IMG/VR virus record: IMGVR_UViG_3300022918_000180 | Source: a virus | Length of the DNA: 64,000 bases | Strand: one strand, 5' to 3' | Shown: positions 28,922 to 38,324 of the stretch, in pieces | Numbering within the stretch: position 1 is the first letter of the stretch | Layout: each line of letters begins with the position of its first letter | The notes under the pieces: generated by a model | What the model saw: only the letters and a program-made list of their open reading frames with translations | What the model was told of the DNA's origin: nothing | Database searches by the model: none | Translations under genes and position numbers: made by a program

Positions 28922-30091
28922 TTAACCGCCGTAGCTGGCGCTGAGGTTCCGGACCGAAGTGGTGTCCTTGTAAGGGGAGTTGACGTTGGCATACTGCCCG
29001 CCGGTGTTCAGGCCGGTGCTGCCACCGCTGCCGCCCATGCCGCCGAACATGCTGCCCATGCCACCCATCAGGGCTCCCCAGTCCATGCCACCCATCCCGC
29101 CGCTGCCACCTGAACCGCCACCTGCTTTGGCCAGTTGCAACGCGAGGTCCTTCTCGAACATGCCCTTGGCCATCGGGTCCGGAGAGGCCCACAGGTTGTT
29201 GGCGTTCTGGTCGGAGGCGTATTGGTTCTCGGCCTGCTGGATGGCCAGCGAGGAAAGTTTGAGGTTCTCGTCGATCTTCCAAGGCACCGTCTCCCGCGGG
29301 GTGAGTTGGTATTCCTGCGGAGTGCCATAGTTGCCGCGCGGGTCGAGTTGCTCGGCCTGCTGGATGGCAGCACCGTTCAGCGCCACGCCCCGCTGGCGCA
29401 GGTCCATGTCGAGCAGGCCCAGGTCACGCGCGGTCAGCGCCGCCCCGGTGCCGGGAGTGCCCACGCTGCCGTTGATGCCGGTGCTGCGGGCCACGGTCTC
29501 CATGGAGTCACTCCACGATGCCTGTCCGTTCAGGTATTGATTGGCGAGATTGCTGGTGGTGCCGACGTTGCCCCACAGCGCGGGGCTGAACCCGTCCGCG
29601 CGGTTGCGGCTGGTGTCCTGATTGATGTCGGCGTTCTCCCGCAGGAGCCGCCAAATCTGCTGATTGGACGCGATGTTATCGTTGATCGTCTGCTGTTGGA
29701 TGGCACCGTAATCCTGCTTCTCCAAGGGCACCTCCTGATATTGCGCGGCCTCGGGGACGTAGCCGAACGCCGAGCGGTAGGCCCCGCCTGCGCCGCCCCC
29801 GGCACCACCGCCGGAGTTGGCAAATGGGTTGCCGGTGCCGCCGCCCTGGGCCACGGTGTCACCGCGCTCGACGTGGGCTTCGTAAATGGGACCTTCCGCG
29901 TAACCGTCGATGGCCCCACCGATGGCCCCGCCCCAGCCGCCCCACATGCCGCCGTATTTGCTGCCCTCGTTGTAGCCGGTCTGCGCGCCGTTGAGCGCAC
30001 GCTCCCAACTGGACATGTTGGCAATGCGGTCCCGCTCCGCCTTCTGACGGGCGGCGAGATCCTGTTCGTAGGTGGGAACGCGGGAGGCCAT
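28922..30091 (-). CDS. DNA pilot / ejection protein
   Basis: 389 aa, Gly/Gln/Asn-rich with amphipathic GG repeats, no Cys. Confidence 0.55.
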   Translation of the reverse strand: MASRVPTYEQDLAARQKAERDRIANMSSWERALNGAQTGYNEGSKYGGMWGGWGGAIGGAIDGYAEGPIYEAHVERGDTVAQGGGTGNPFANSGGGAGGGAGGAYRSAFGYVPEAAQYQEVPLEKQDYGAIQQQTINDNIASNQQIWRLLRENADINQDTSRNRADGFSPALWGNVGTTSNLANQYLNGQASWSDSMETVARSTGINGSVGTPGTGAALTARDLGLLDMDLRQRGVALNGAAIQQAEQLDPRGNYGTPQEYQLTPRETVPWKIDENLKLSSLAIQQAENQYASDQNANNLWASPDPMAKGMFEKDLALQLAKAGGGSGGSGGMGGMDWGALMGGMGSMFGGMGGSGGSTGLNTGGQYANVNSPYKDTTSVRNLSASYGG

Positions 30092-30094
30092 AAG

Positions 30095-31093
30095 TTACAT
30101 GCCGACGAAATTGCTCGGCTGATTGAAGGTGTCTTGGAAATTCATTTTGCGGCGGTGGCCGGTATCCTCCACCGCGGCTTCCGCGCCGATGAAGGCATCG
30201 AACATATTCTGCTTGAACATGGCGTTGGCAATCTCCGCCTGATCCATTTTTGAGGCGGCGGTGGTGCGGATGAACTGCGCGCCGGCGACCCAGGCCACGC
30301 GGTTGTCGTGCTCCACGATGTCGAGTTGGTCGTAAAGACGGGTGAAGCGGCGGAGGCCCTTGACGGCGATGGTCTTCCCCTGACCACAGACGCAGTCTCC
30401 GTTGATCCGGATGCGGCGGTAGGTGGGGACATCCTCGCCGGCGTCCCACTGGGCCACGTCCACGCCGTTGGCGCGCACCTTGACCGGACCTTTCAGGTCG
30501 AGCGGCAGGCGCACACCGGAGGGGGCCATGCTCTTTACCTTGGTGGGGAACGCGGTCCACTTGCCCTGCACCAGCGGGATGGAGTGGGTGACGAACTGAC
30601 CGATGTCGTCGATGTAGGAGGCGGTGACCAACTGGCCGGATCCGCACTTGGTGCCCATCACTTCGAGGATGAAAGGCTCGGTGCAGCCGGGATCACGCTC
30701 GAAGACATAGGTGTCACCCATGTCCTCGAACTTCCATTCAAAATTCTGCGATGCCTGCGGTTCGTAGGAAGCCCATCGGGTGACGTAGGGTAGAGTCACG
30801 CCCTGCCGGAAGATCATCACCGCCTGCTTCATCCACTTGGGCAAAGTGACCCCCGCCCACGGCTGACCGGAGGCGCTGCAGCCGCAGTAGCCGGGGTCGC
30901 ACGCCGGGCAGAAGCACTGGACGGGGACACAGATGTAGGAGGGCTTGGCATGCTCCAGCACCTGCCGGTTGTTGTAAGCCATCTGCCGGATGTCGTTCAT
31001 CAGCTCGATGAGCTTGTCCCGGTCGCATACCGCATCCTTCCCGATGGCTTCGGCAAGCCATCCGACAACGCGGCCAACAGTGGTTTGGTTCAT
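30095..31093 (-). CDS. virion structural protein, probable head-tail adaptor
   Basis: N- and C-terminal helices flanking a beta region; 11 Cys including CVPVQCFCPACDPGYCGC. Confidence 0.45.
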   Translation of the reverse strand: MNQTTVGRVVGWLAEAIGKDAVCDRDKLIELMNDIRQMAYNNRQVLEHAKPSYICVPVQCFCPACDPGYCGCSASGQPWAGVTLPKWMKQAVMIFRQGVTLPYVTRWASYEPQASQNFEWKFEDMGDTYVFERDPGCTEPFILEVMGTKCGSGQLVTASYIDDIGQFVTHSIPLVQGKWTAFPTKVKSMAPSGVRLPLDLKGPVKVRANGVDVAQWDAGEDVPTYRRIRINGDCVCGQGKTIAVKGLRRFTRLYDQLDIVEHDNRVAWVAGAQFIRTTAASKMDQAEIANAMFKQNMFDAFIGAEAAVEDTGHRRKMNFQDTFNQPSNFVGM

Positions 31094-31611
31094 TAGACTT
31101 GGGCGGTGACGATGACGGGGACTTCATTGTCCGAGGCGTAGGCCACGGTGACGGAGTTAGCACTGCGCTGGACAATCCACCAGCGCGTATTCGTGCCGGG
31201 GTCGCCAATAAAAGCAGCGTTCACGGTGTAGGGGCCGGTGAACAGAGCGGGATCGAGGTCCAGTGTGACTTCGGAAACGGTGCCGTTGGAGGTGCGCTGC
31301 ACACTGACGGTGGTGCGGTCGGGCACGTAAATGCCTCCGTCGCTGCCCAGCACCGCGAGGTTGCCGGCGTCATTGGAGACCTGCGAAAGGTTGATAGCGC
31401 CGCTGGCCTGCAGGTTTTTCAGCGTCTCGAAGAACGCCTCCTGGAGGGAGTTGATAACGTCTTTGGGGAAGACGATGATCATGGACTCGATGATCGTCCG
31501 CAGCAGGGCGTCGGTCTCCGGGTCGCGGTCAAGGTCCGGACGCGGCAGGACATCCAGTGTGGTGCCGTAGGTGTTGACACTGGAGGGGCTCAGGATGTGC
31601 GGGTTTTCCAT
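31093..31611 (-). CDS. virion structural protein
   Basis: VSNDAGNLAVLGSDGGIYVP motif seen in phage tail proteins. Confidence 0.5.
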   Translation of the reverse strand: MENPHILSPSSVNTYGTTLDVLPRPDLDRDPETDALLRTIIESMIIVFPKDVINSLQEAFFETLKNLQASGAINLSQVSNDAGNLAVLGSDGGIYVPDRTTVSVQRTSNGTVSEVTLDLDPALFTGPYTVNAAFIGDPGTNTRWWIVQRSANSVTVAYASDNEVPVIVTAQV

Positions 31612-33461
31612 TATGGTGTGCAGGATTCGATGATTTTGTCAGCCCAGTCCGAGCCATTGTTATACTCGTAGTCGTCGTCCACATACAAGTCCGGACATGG
31701 GTATTGTCCTTTGGTGTTGGTGTTTTCCCCCAAGGTGCCAGCAGGCTTCGGACCGAACCGGAGCATGACCGATGCCGCGCCCTGCCACCGGATCATGAAT
31801 TCGATCCGCTGCTCCTTCTCAGGCTGCGGAGGAAAAGCGCCCACCGATCGCAGACCATTCTTGAGCCCGCCCCGCTGCCACGTCTCGTGCCGGCGGCCCA
31901 GCGTCTTCCACTTTCCGCGCGGCTCGCGGTGCAGCACTTCCCACGTCAACGGGCCAACGGCGTCCTCCACCAGCAGGTGGACGAAGTCGCCATCCGTGCC
32001 TTGAAACATGGAGGATCCGAACTGCGGCGTGACCACGCGGGATTGGATAGGCTTTTTGTTGCCGCCTTCCAGAATGTCGTGCTCCAGATCCGGGCGGTAG
32101 CGCCAGACGGTGTGGCGCTGCTTCGAATGGTTCCAGCAGATGGCGAAAATTTCCTCCCGCTCCGAAAAGATGCCGCCGACGAACTGGACGGGACCACCGG
32201 CCTCGGGCGGCAGGCAGCGCAGGCCCTCCCATGCACCGAGACTGGAGCCGTCGGTGGGCACGCCCTGCTCCGGATCCTGACAGGCGGTGATGAAGCCGCG
32301 GTGCCAGCGGTGGAGACCGCGGCTGAAGTTATAGACTGTGCAGAAGATCCGCTGCTTGGTCTCGTGACGGATCATGGAGTTGAAGCGCAGCAGCTCCGCG
32401 AAGTCGCCGGCCATGGCGTAGCGCATCGGCCCGGCGAGATCATGGTAGGGGCTGCCGGGGGTGTTGCGTTCGGCCCGGGCGCTGCGCAGGGACTGGATGC
32501 CTTTGCGGGAACGGAAGGCGATGTCTCCATCCCAGTGGCATTGGCCGAACGGCCCGGAGGCCGCGGTATTCAAAATCGCGTGTTTGGAGATCACCTTGGT
32601 CCCCCAGTCGGTGCGGGGCCAGACGTTGGTGTCCGCCGACCAGGTGCCGCCGGGGTTGGGGCAGAAGGCGATCATCTCGCCGTGGCCATGCTGGGTGTCC
32701 TGCAACGGAAGGATGTCCAGCGAGAGGATCGGCCCCATGTTGGAGGGTGGCGAGAGGAACTGACCGGTGGCCAGATAGACCTGCTCGGTGGTGGCGAGGA
32801 TGTTCTCCGCGCTGCTGTAATTGGTGCGGTGGACCGGGTCACCCACGATCACGGCGTTCATGCCATTCATGCGCACCCCGATGTGGAGTTTGGCATGGAG
32901 GTAGCGCACGGGCCCCGCGTAATTGGGGAGCTGGGAGTTGTCCTTGTCGATGACGTTATACCCGCTGCTCCACCGGGTGGTGTTGTCGCGGCCGTCGATG
33001 ATCATCGTCAGGCCGACGCTGTCCGTGCGGATGAAATAGTATTCCGCTCCCTCGCCCCAGGCGAGCTGCACGTTCTCGGAAGAACGCAGGCCGTTGCTGG
33101 CGTCCTGCAGCGTGAAAGTGAACCGTCCGTTGGTGCGGTTGGGTTTGAGCCGGAACATGCGGCCCTTGACGGAGTGGAGGATCTGCGCGGCCTCTTCGGC
33201 AAAACGGATGGCCGATTGCCCGAGGGCCGGGTTAAAGTAAAATGCACCTTGGGTGTTGCCGGTCCGCCAGTCGTTGAGCAGCCCCTCTTCGCCCTCCACC
33301 GGGACATGCTCCCAACCGTGGGCGGTGCGGGCCATCCGCAGATGCAACCGGATGTTGGTGGCCCGTTGAATCTGATCGTTCCCGAGGATGAACGGATGCA
33401 CCTCGCTGCGCACTCCACCGGTCGGGAAGCCTAGCGGAAGGACATTTGCAGGCAGAGCCAT
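31611..33461 (-). CDS. tail nozzle / tubular protein B-like
   Basis: 616 aa beta-rich; N-terminal FPTGGV..N pattern of nozzle proteins; start MALPANV at 33461. Confidence 0.55.
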   Translation of the reverse strand: MALPANVLPLGFPTGGVRSEVHPFILGNDQIQRATNIRLHLRMARTAHGWEHVPVEGEEGLLNDWRTGNTQGAFYFNPALGQSAIRFAEEAAQILHSVKGRMFRLKPNRTNGRFTFTLQDASNGLRSSENVQLAWGEGAEYYFIRTDSVGLTMIIDGRDNTTRWSSGYNVIDKDNSQLPNYAGPVRYLHAKLHIGVRMNGMNAVIVGDPVHRTNYSSAENILATTEQVYLATGQFLSPPSNMGPILSLDILPLQDTQHGHGEMIAFCPNPGGTWSADTNVWPRTDWGTKVISKHAILNTAASGPFGQCHWDGDIAFRSRKGIQSLRSARAERNTPGSPYHDLAGPMRYAMAGDFAELLRFNSMIRHETKQRIFCTVYNFSRGLHRWHRGFITACQDPEQGVPTDGSSLGAWEGLRCLPPEAGGPVQFVGGIFSEREEIFAICWNHSKQRHTVWRYRPDLEHDILEGGNKKPIQSRVVTPQFGSSMFQGTDGDFVHLLVEDAVGPLTWEVLHREPRGKWKTLGRRHETWQRGGLKNGLRSVGAFPPQPEKEQRIEFMIRWQGAASVMLRFGPKPAGTLGENTNTKGQYPCPDLYVDDDYEYNNGSDWADKIIESCTP

Positions 33462-33466
33462 CGGGG

Positions 33467-34663
33467 TTACGGGAGGAGGGCGAGGACGTAGACGACCGCC
33501 AGATGCGAGCCGACATTGCCGGCGAAGGCGATTTGATAGAAGTTGTTGATGTGCAGGATGCCGTCGTCGGGGATCGGGATCTCCACGGTATTCTGGTTGT
33601 CGTTGGACGCGCTGTCCGCCGCGCATGCATTGCGGGCATACTCCTTACCATTGATGGCAATCCCGGCATCGAAATGCTGGGAGATCGTGGTGGACTTGCA
33701 GTGGATGTGCAGGCGGACCGTCTTGTGGCTCGGCAGGTAACCGGGCAGCAGGGTGAGATCGACGGGGAAATCCGGGTTGGCTACAACCGGCAGCGCGCCG
33801 GGAGTGTTCACCGATGGGAAATAGCTGATGCCGGTGATCGGTCCGACGGATTTGTGCTGGAGGTAGACTTCTTCCCACGGCTCGAAGATCACCGGGTCTC
33901 CGATCCCAAGCAGGCGTTTGACCTGCGTCCAGTTGGCCCCGATCAGCTTTTTAACTTTGTTGCTGCCGTTGGTGCAGCCTTCCTCCCGCCAGAACGCGAG
34001 GCTCAGTTTGATGTCCTCCGGGTCCTCGGCGTCGATGAGGTCAGCGTCCACCACCGGGTCCACGACGGCCTGCTGCCATTGGTCGAGGGAATACCAGGTG
34101 TAGTTGTCGATAACCTCACCGCCGGTCAGCGTAACACTGTCCTTGATGTAGCCGAGCATCTTGGGGGACACGCAGTTCCCACCCGTGTTTTGCTTGCCAG
34201 CTCCGAGAAGTTGAGGGTTGATCGATACCGGCTTACCGGAACTTGGGCAGCTCTCCCGCTGCCAGCCGTGGATGAACCCGGTATTCGAAGCCGCGGGAAG
34301 CATCTTGACCAGTTTCAAAGGATCGACAGCGCAACCAGTAGTGGTTTCGAAGTATGCAGGCCAGTGGGATTTGGTGGCATCGGCAGCAGGTATGTTGGAA
34401 AATTCGGGAGCATCAAGGGGCCCCACGTAATCAGGGCCGCCGCAGTTGTCAGGATTATGCTGCCAGCTTCCTTTTATGGTTTGAGGTTGGCTTAGACAAC
34501 CTGTGACAGTGTCCAACGCTGTCAGTGTGGTCCCCTGCGAGGCATCGCTGGGTGCCAGTCCGATCAGCCTGGCGTCACAGAACCTTGCGGCGTTAGGATC
34601 GCCGACGAAGTCGAAGTTCTCCGGAATCGGGGGTGAGGAGCAGGGTGAGTTTGGGCACGCCAT
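33467..34663 (-). CDS. Cys-rich virion structural protein
   Basis: Start MACPNSPC; 11 Cys in 398 aa; C-terminal beta-sandwich-like region. Confidence 0.5.
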   Translation of the reverse strand: MACPNSPCSSPPIPENFDFVGDPNAARFCDARLIGLAPSDASQGTTLTALDTVTGCLSQPQTIKGSWQHNPDNCGGPDYVGPLDAPEFSNIPAADATKSHWPAYFETTTGCAVDPLKLVKMLPAASNTGFIHGWQRESCPSSGKPVSINPQLLGAGKQNTGGNCVSPKMLGYIKDSVTLTGGEVIDNYTWYSLDQWQQAVVDPVVDADLIDAEDPEDIKLSLAFWREEGCTNGSNKVKKLIGANWTQVKRLLGIGDPVIFEPWEEVYLQHKSVGPITGISYFPSVNTPGALPVVANPDFPVDLTLLPGYLPSHKTVRLHIHCKSTTISQHFDAGIAINGKEYARNACAADSASNDNQNTVEIPIPDDGILHINNFYQIAFAGNVGSHLAVVYVLALLP

Positions 34664-34719
34664 GATGGGCCGGATTTTAGCCGGGCCGTTCTGAAACACA
34701 AGTGCGAAGACACGCCCCA

Positions 34720-34747
34720 TTGACTTTGATCGTATTTACCGCAAAAT
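34720..34747 (+). promoter_or_regulatory. putative promoter for the portal operon
   Basis: TTGACT-16-CAAAAT, 9 nt before the portal ATG, in a divergent intergenic gap. Confidence 0.45.
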
Positions 34748-34756
34748 GGGCCACAG

Positions 34757-37150
34757 ATGGACGCTACCTTAGACAAAGACCCGGCTGCCCCCGACGCCAC
34801 CAAGTCGGAGATGACCGAGAAGGTCGATAGCATCCTCCATCTGGTAGACGACTGGAAGCAGAAGAATTTCCATGCCAATCGAAATTACGCGGAACTGCTG
34901 CGCCACTTCAACGGCGGGAACCTGACGGTGGCAAAGGACAAAGAGGGCAAAGAGGTCGCCGCCTATGCGAACTTCAACGTGGCCCGCAGCCGGTTGCAGA
35001 AGATCGGCCGGGAGATGATGTCGATTTACTACTCGAAGATGGGTATATTCGACCTGAAGATTACCGGAGAGGATCTGAAGAAGACCCCGGGACTCGAACT
35101 GGCAGCCAATGAGGCCCTCGCCAAAATCTTCCGCTCCGACATGCGGTTCACGCCGCAGTATGAGACCACGGTGCAGGACGCCATTCTCTGCGGACGCGGG
35201 GTGATGTGGCGCCGGAGCAAGACGCATATCATCCCCGAGCGCGCCCGCCTCCTGGCCGATCCATCCTGCATGGCCTCCGTCCGGGATGACTCGTTCGCCG
35301 AGTGGGCCTTTGAAAGCACCGTCAAAGCCGCGGACCTCTTCCGAATTTCCAAGAGCACCGAGGATCCGGAGCTGAAGTCTCAAGCCGCCAAGCTGCTCAA
35401 GGCCATCGTGAACCGCCATTCCTGCGAGTCCACGCTGCTCAACTGGCCCGTGCATGAGGAGTGGGAAGACTTTGAGACCGTCCTTCGCACCACCACGGTT
35501 GGCCGGCAGGCGCTGGCCACGGTCATCCCCTGCTACTGGTATTTCGAGAAGGACCTCTCCGGCAACCCCGGCAAGCGGCCGGTGACGGTGTTCTGCGTGG
35601 CGCGTCACGGCGTTGATCTCTCCATCGTCTCAGGTGACGACGGCAAAGTCTCGTCCAGTAAGACGGAGACCAAGGATGCCGCGGAAGGAATGATCTTCCG
35701 GAAAAAGGATGCTTTCGACGACGTGACGGATTGTGTGTGGTTGCTGGGGCGCAACCAGCAGTTCGGCGGCGCGCCCACCCTGGGGGCCTGCAAGGGTGAA
35801 GGCGAGATTCAATACACCGGCGACATCCGCATCCAGAAGATGCTCAACTCCATGGTGCGCCGCATCGAGGTGGAGAACCTGATCCTGCTGAAGAACACCG
35901 GCGGCGGGAACAAAAACGAGATCGACAATTTTTCCAAACTCCCGATCTCCGATCAGGACATCATCCCGGAGGGCGTGGACTTCGTGGAGAAGCGCTTCGG
36001 CGACAAGCCGCTGGCGCAGATGATGGGCTTCGTGGACATGCTCTCCGGCTATGCCGCGGACCACGCCGCGGTGGACACCGGCCACACCGACGCCCCGCAG
36101 GACGAGGACTTCAAGGCCCAGGTGATGGAGCGTCTTCAGGACCGCGCCGCCGCCAAGAGCGTCAGCGAGAGCGCATGGACGGACGGGTTGGACAAGCTGG
36201 CCACGGCTCTCGGGGTGGCGTTGTTCGACTCCACGCTGGTGGATGCCGACGAGGCCAAGATGCTTCAGGACGAGTTTTTCAAAGAGCTGGAGGACGCCGG
36301 GTTCAAGGACATCAAACCGAAGGATTTCAAAGGCAACGTCCGGATGTCCGCCCGCCGCATGCCCGGTCACGGCGACCCGGCGGTGGCCATGGCCCGGGCG
36401 GATGCCAACATCGCGCTCGCGCAGATGACCGGACCGGAGGCGGTGAAACGCGCGGTCTTCGAGAAGGCCGTGCTGGTCAATGGCGGCGACTACCAGAAGG
36501 CCATCACCCTGCTGGGCGGCGTGCCGGACGGACCGGCCGAGCCGCAGTCGATGGACGTGCATATCGCCTCCGCGCAGATGTCTTTGATCCTCAGCTCCGG
36601 AGTGCAGCTCGCGCCGCAGGCCGGCGACAATCCTTTCGTCCACACCATGGTCCAGATGTCCGTGCTGGAGAACATGCTGGGCAATTTCCAGAAGCTCGGC
36701 GGCTGGACGGCCTTCGAGCAGTCCTGCTGGGACGCCGCCCTGGCCCACGCCATCGCCGATGTCATGCGCATGCCCATGGAGGACGCGCAGAAGGAGTCCA
36801 TGAAGCGGATCAAGGTCATCCAGATGGCGGCCTACCGCCTGGAGGTCTTCAAGCAGGGCGAACCCGAGGTGGACCCGCTCGACTTGATGAAGCTCCAGCA
36901 GAACGCCGAGGAGCTGGCTCGCAAGAAACAAAAAGACCTCGACGGCAACCAGAAGTGGGTCATCACCCAACAGAACCGCGAGACCATGGGCGGACGGCAG
37001 ATGGCGTTGCAGGAGCGGCAGACCATCGTCAACGAGTCCCGTCTGGAGAAGAAGGACAGCCGCGACGCCGCCAGTCAGAGTTTGAATGACGCCATTTCCC
37101 TGAACGAGGCCACGCGGCCTGAACCGCCAAAAGAAAAATCCGCCGCATGA
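34757..37150 (+). CDS. portal protein (probable)
   Basis: 797 aa, helical, with C-terminal coiled coil; first gene of the operon containing scaffold and TerL. Confidence 0.6.
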   Translation: MDATLDKDPAAPDATKSEMTEKVDSILHLVDDWKQKNFHANRNYAELLRHFNGGNLTVAKDKEGKEVAAYANFNVARSRLQKIGREMMSIYYSKMGIFDLKITGEDLKKTPGLELAANEALAKIFRSDMRFTPQYETTVQDAILCGRGVMWRRSKTHIIPERARLLADPSCMASVRDDSFAEWAFESTVKAADLFRISKSTEDPELKSQAAKLLKAIVNRHSCESTLLNWPVHEEWEDFETVLRTTTVGRQALATVIPCYWYFEKDLSGNPGKRPVTVFCVARHGVDLSIVSGDDGKVSSSKTETKDAAEGMIFRKKDAFDDVTDCVWLLGRNQQFGGAPTLGACKGEGEIQYTGDIRIQKMLNSMVRRIEVENLILLKNTGGGNKNEIDNFSKLPISDQDIIPEGVDFVEKRFGDKPLAQMMGFVDMLSGYAADHAAVDTGHTDAPQDEDFKAQVMERLQDRAAAKSVSESAWTDGLDKLATALGVALFDSTLVDADEAKMLQDEFFKELEDAGFKDIKPKDFKGNVRMSARRMPGHGDPAVAMARADANIALAQMTGPEAVKRAVFEKAVLVNGGDYQKAITLLGGVPDGPAEPQSMDVHIASAQMSLILSSGVQLAPQAGDNPFVHTMVQMSVLENMLGNFQKLGGWTAFEQSCWDAALAHAIADVMRMPMEDAQKESMKRIKVIQMAAYRLEVFKQGEPEVDPLDLMKLQQNAEELARKKQKDLDGNQKWVITQQNRETMGGRQMALQERQTIVNESRLEKKDSRDAASQSLNDAISLNEATRPEPPKEKSAA

Positions 37151-37866
37151 GCTTCCTCGACACCCTCAAAGGTCTGTTTGGCCGCAAGCCCGATCTCCCC
37201 ACCGCGCCGAAGCCTTCCTCCGAGGCCCGCCGTTACTGGCTGACCAAGGACGACGATCTGATCTGGAGCACCGTGGAGGAAGCCCGCAAGGCCCTCGGCA
37301 ACTCCGTCGCCATTGTGGGCAAAGTCATCGACCTGAAAGGCGGGGTGATCGACGGCACCAAGCTGCCGCGGCCGAAGGACTCGCAGAACGAGAACGCCAT
37401 CGCCCTCGTCATCGCCGGCAGCAACTTCACCCTGACCAATGGCTGGGTGCGCGGCATCCCCGGCGGCATCGTGGTCAAGCGCGAGAACTGTGCTTTCGAG
37501 AAACTCAAGTTCATCGACATCGGTGAGGACGCGCTGTCCACGGTCGGTGAAGACGCCACGGGGATCCGGATTTCCTCCTGCGAATTCTGGAACGACCGCG
37601 ACGGCGACAAGTCCATCCAGTTGAACCAGGCCTACGGATCTACCATCCGGAACTGCCGCATCGTTGGCGGCGTCACCGGTGCCCGCATCCAGAAGGACAG
37701 CTACAAAACGCCGAACGTGACTTGTGTTATTTCCGGCACCACCTTCGAAGGCTGCGAGACCGGATTCAACGTCGCGGGCAAGGCCACGGTGCGGCTGACG
37801 GACTCAAAATTTAAAAATGTGAAAAAACAATACGTGACGGGAAGCGGTTCCCGTGTTTTAAAGTAG
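37147..37866 (+). CDS. parallel beta-helix protein, pectate lyase (PL3)-like
   Basis: DIGEDALS and DGDKSIQLN match PL3 EDA/DKxxQxN motifs; repeated beta-helix rungs. Confidence 0.6.
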   Translation: MSFLDTLKGLFGRKPDLPTAPKPSSEARRYWLTKDDDLIWSTVEEARKALGNSVAIVGKVIDLKGGVIDGTKLPRPKDSQNENAIALVIAGSNFTLTNGWVRGIPGGIVVKRENCAFEKLKFIDIGEDALSTVGEDATGIRISSCEFWNDRDGDKSIQLNQAYGSTIRNCRIVGGVTGARIQKDSYKTPNVTCVISGTTFEGCETGFNVAGKATVRLTDSKFKNVKKQYVTGSGSRVLK

Positions 37867-37869
37867 GTG

Positions 37870-38319
37870 ATGATTCAATACAGTCCGCTCTTCCATCAGC
37901 ACACCGCCGGCATCAAGCCAGTCCTTGGCCGGACGCTCATTCTGAAGCACAAGCCCATCGCCAAAATCGGCAGCCTCCATCTGCCCGAGCAGTATCAGGG
38001 CACCACCCAGGAGGACTGGCGCGCGGAGGTGGTGGCCAACGCCGAGCAGGGCGGCTGGCGCAACGGCGACCTGCACGAGCGGGCGTTTGTAAAGTGGGCA
38101 CACCTGCTCGATATGTATCCCGGCGACATGGACCCCAAGATCCGCAAGGACCGGTCCATCTGGAAGATCAAACCGTATTTCGTCCATAAACCGGAAGTCC
38201 CGGTCGGCACCAAAATCATCTGCTGCTGGCTCTCCGGCCAGCCCATCATTTCCCTCAATGATCAGGAGTATTACCTGACCGATGGCGAACACGCCTACAA
38301 AGGCATCATCCTCAATTAA
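37870..38319 (+). CDS. GroES-like co-chaperonin (tentative)
   Basis: IKPVLGRTLILK..KIGSLHLPE..AEVVA resembles the GroES N-terminus, mobile loop and EVVAVG. Confidence 0.4.
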   Translation: MIQYSPLFHQHTAGIKPVLGRTLILKHKPIAKIGSLHLPEQYQGTTQEDWRAEVVANAEQGGWRNGDLHERAFVKWAHLLDMYPGDMDPKIRKDRSIWKIKPYFVHKPEVPVGTKIICCWLSGQPIISLNDQEYYLTDGEHAYKGIILN

Positions 38320-38324
38320 GACCC

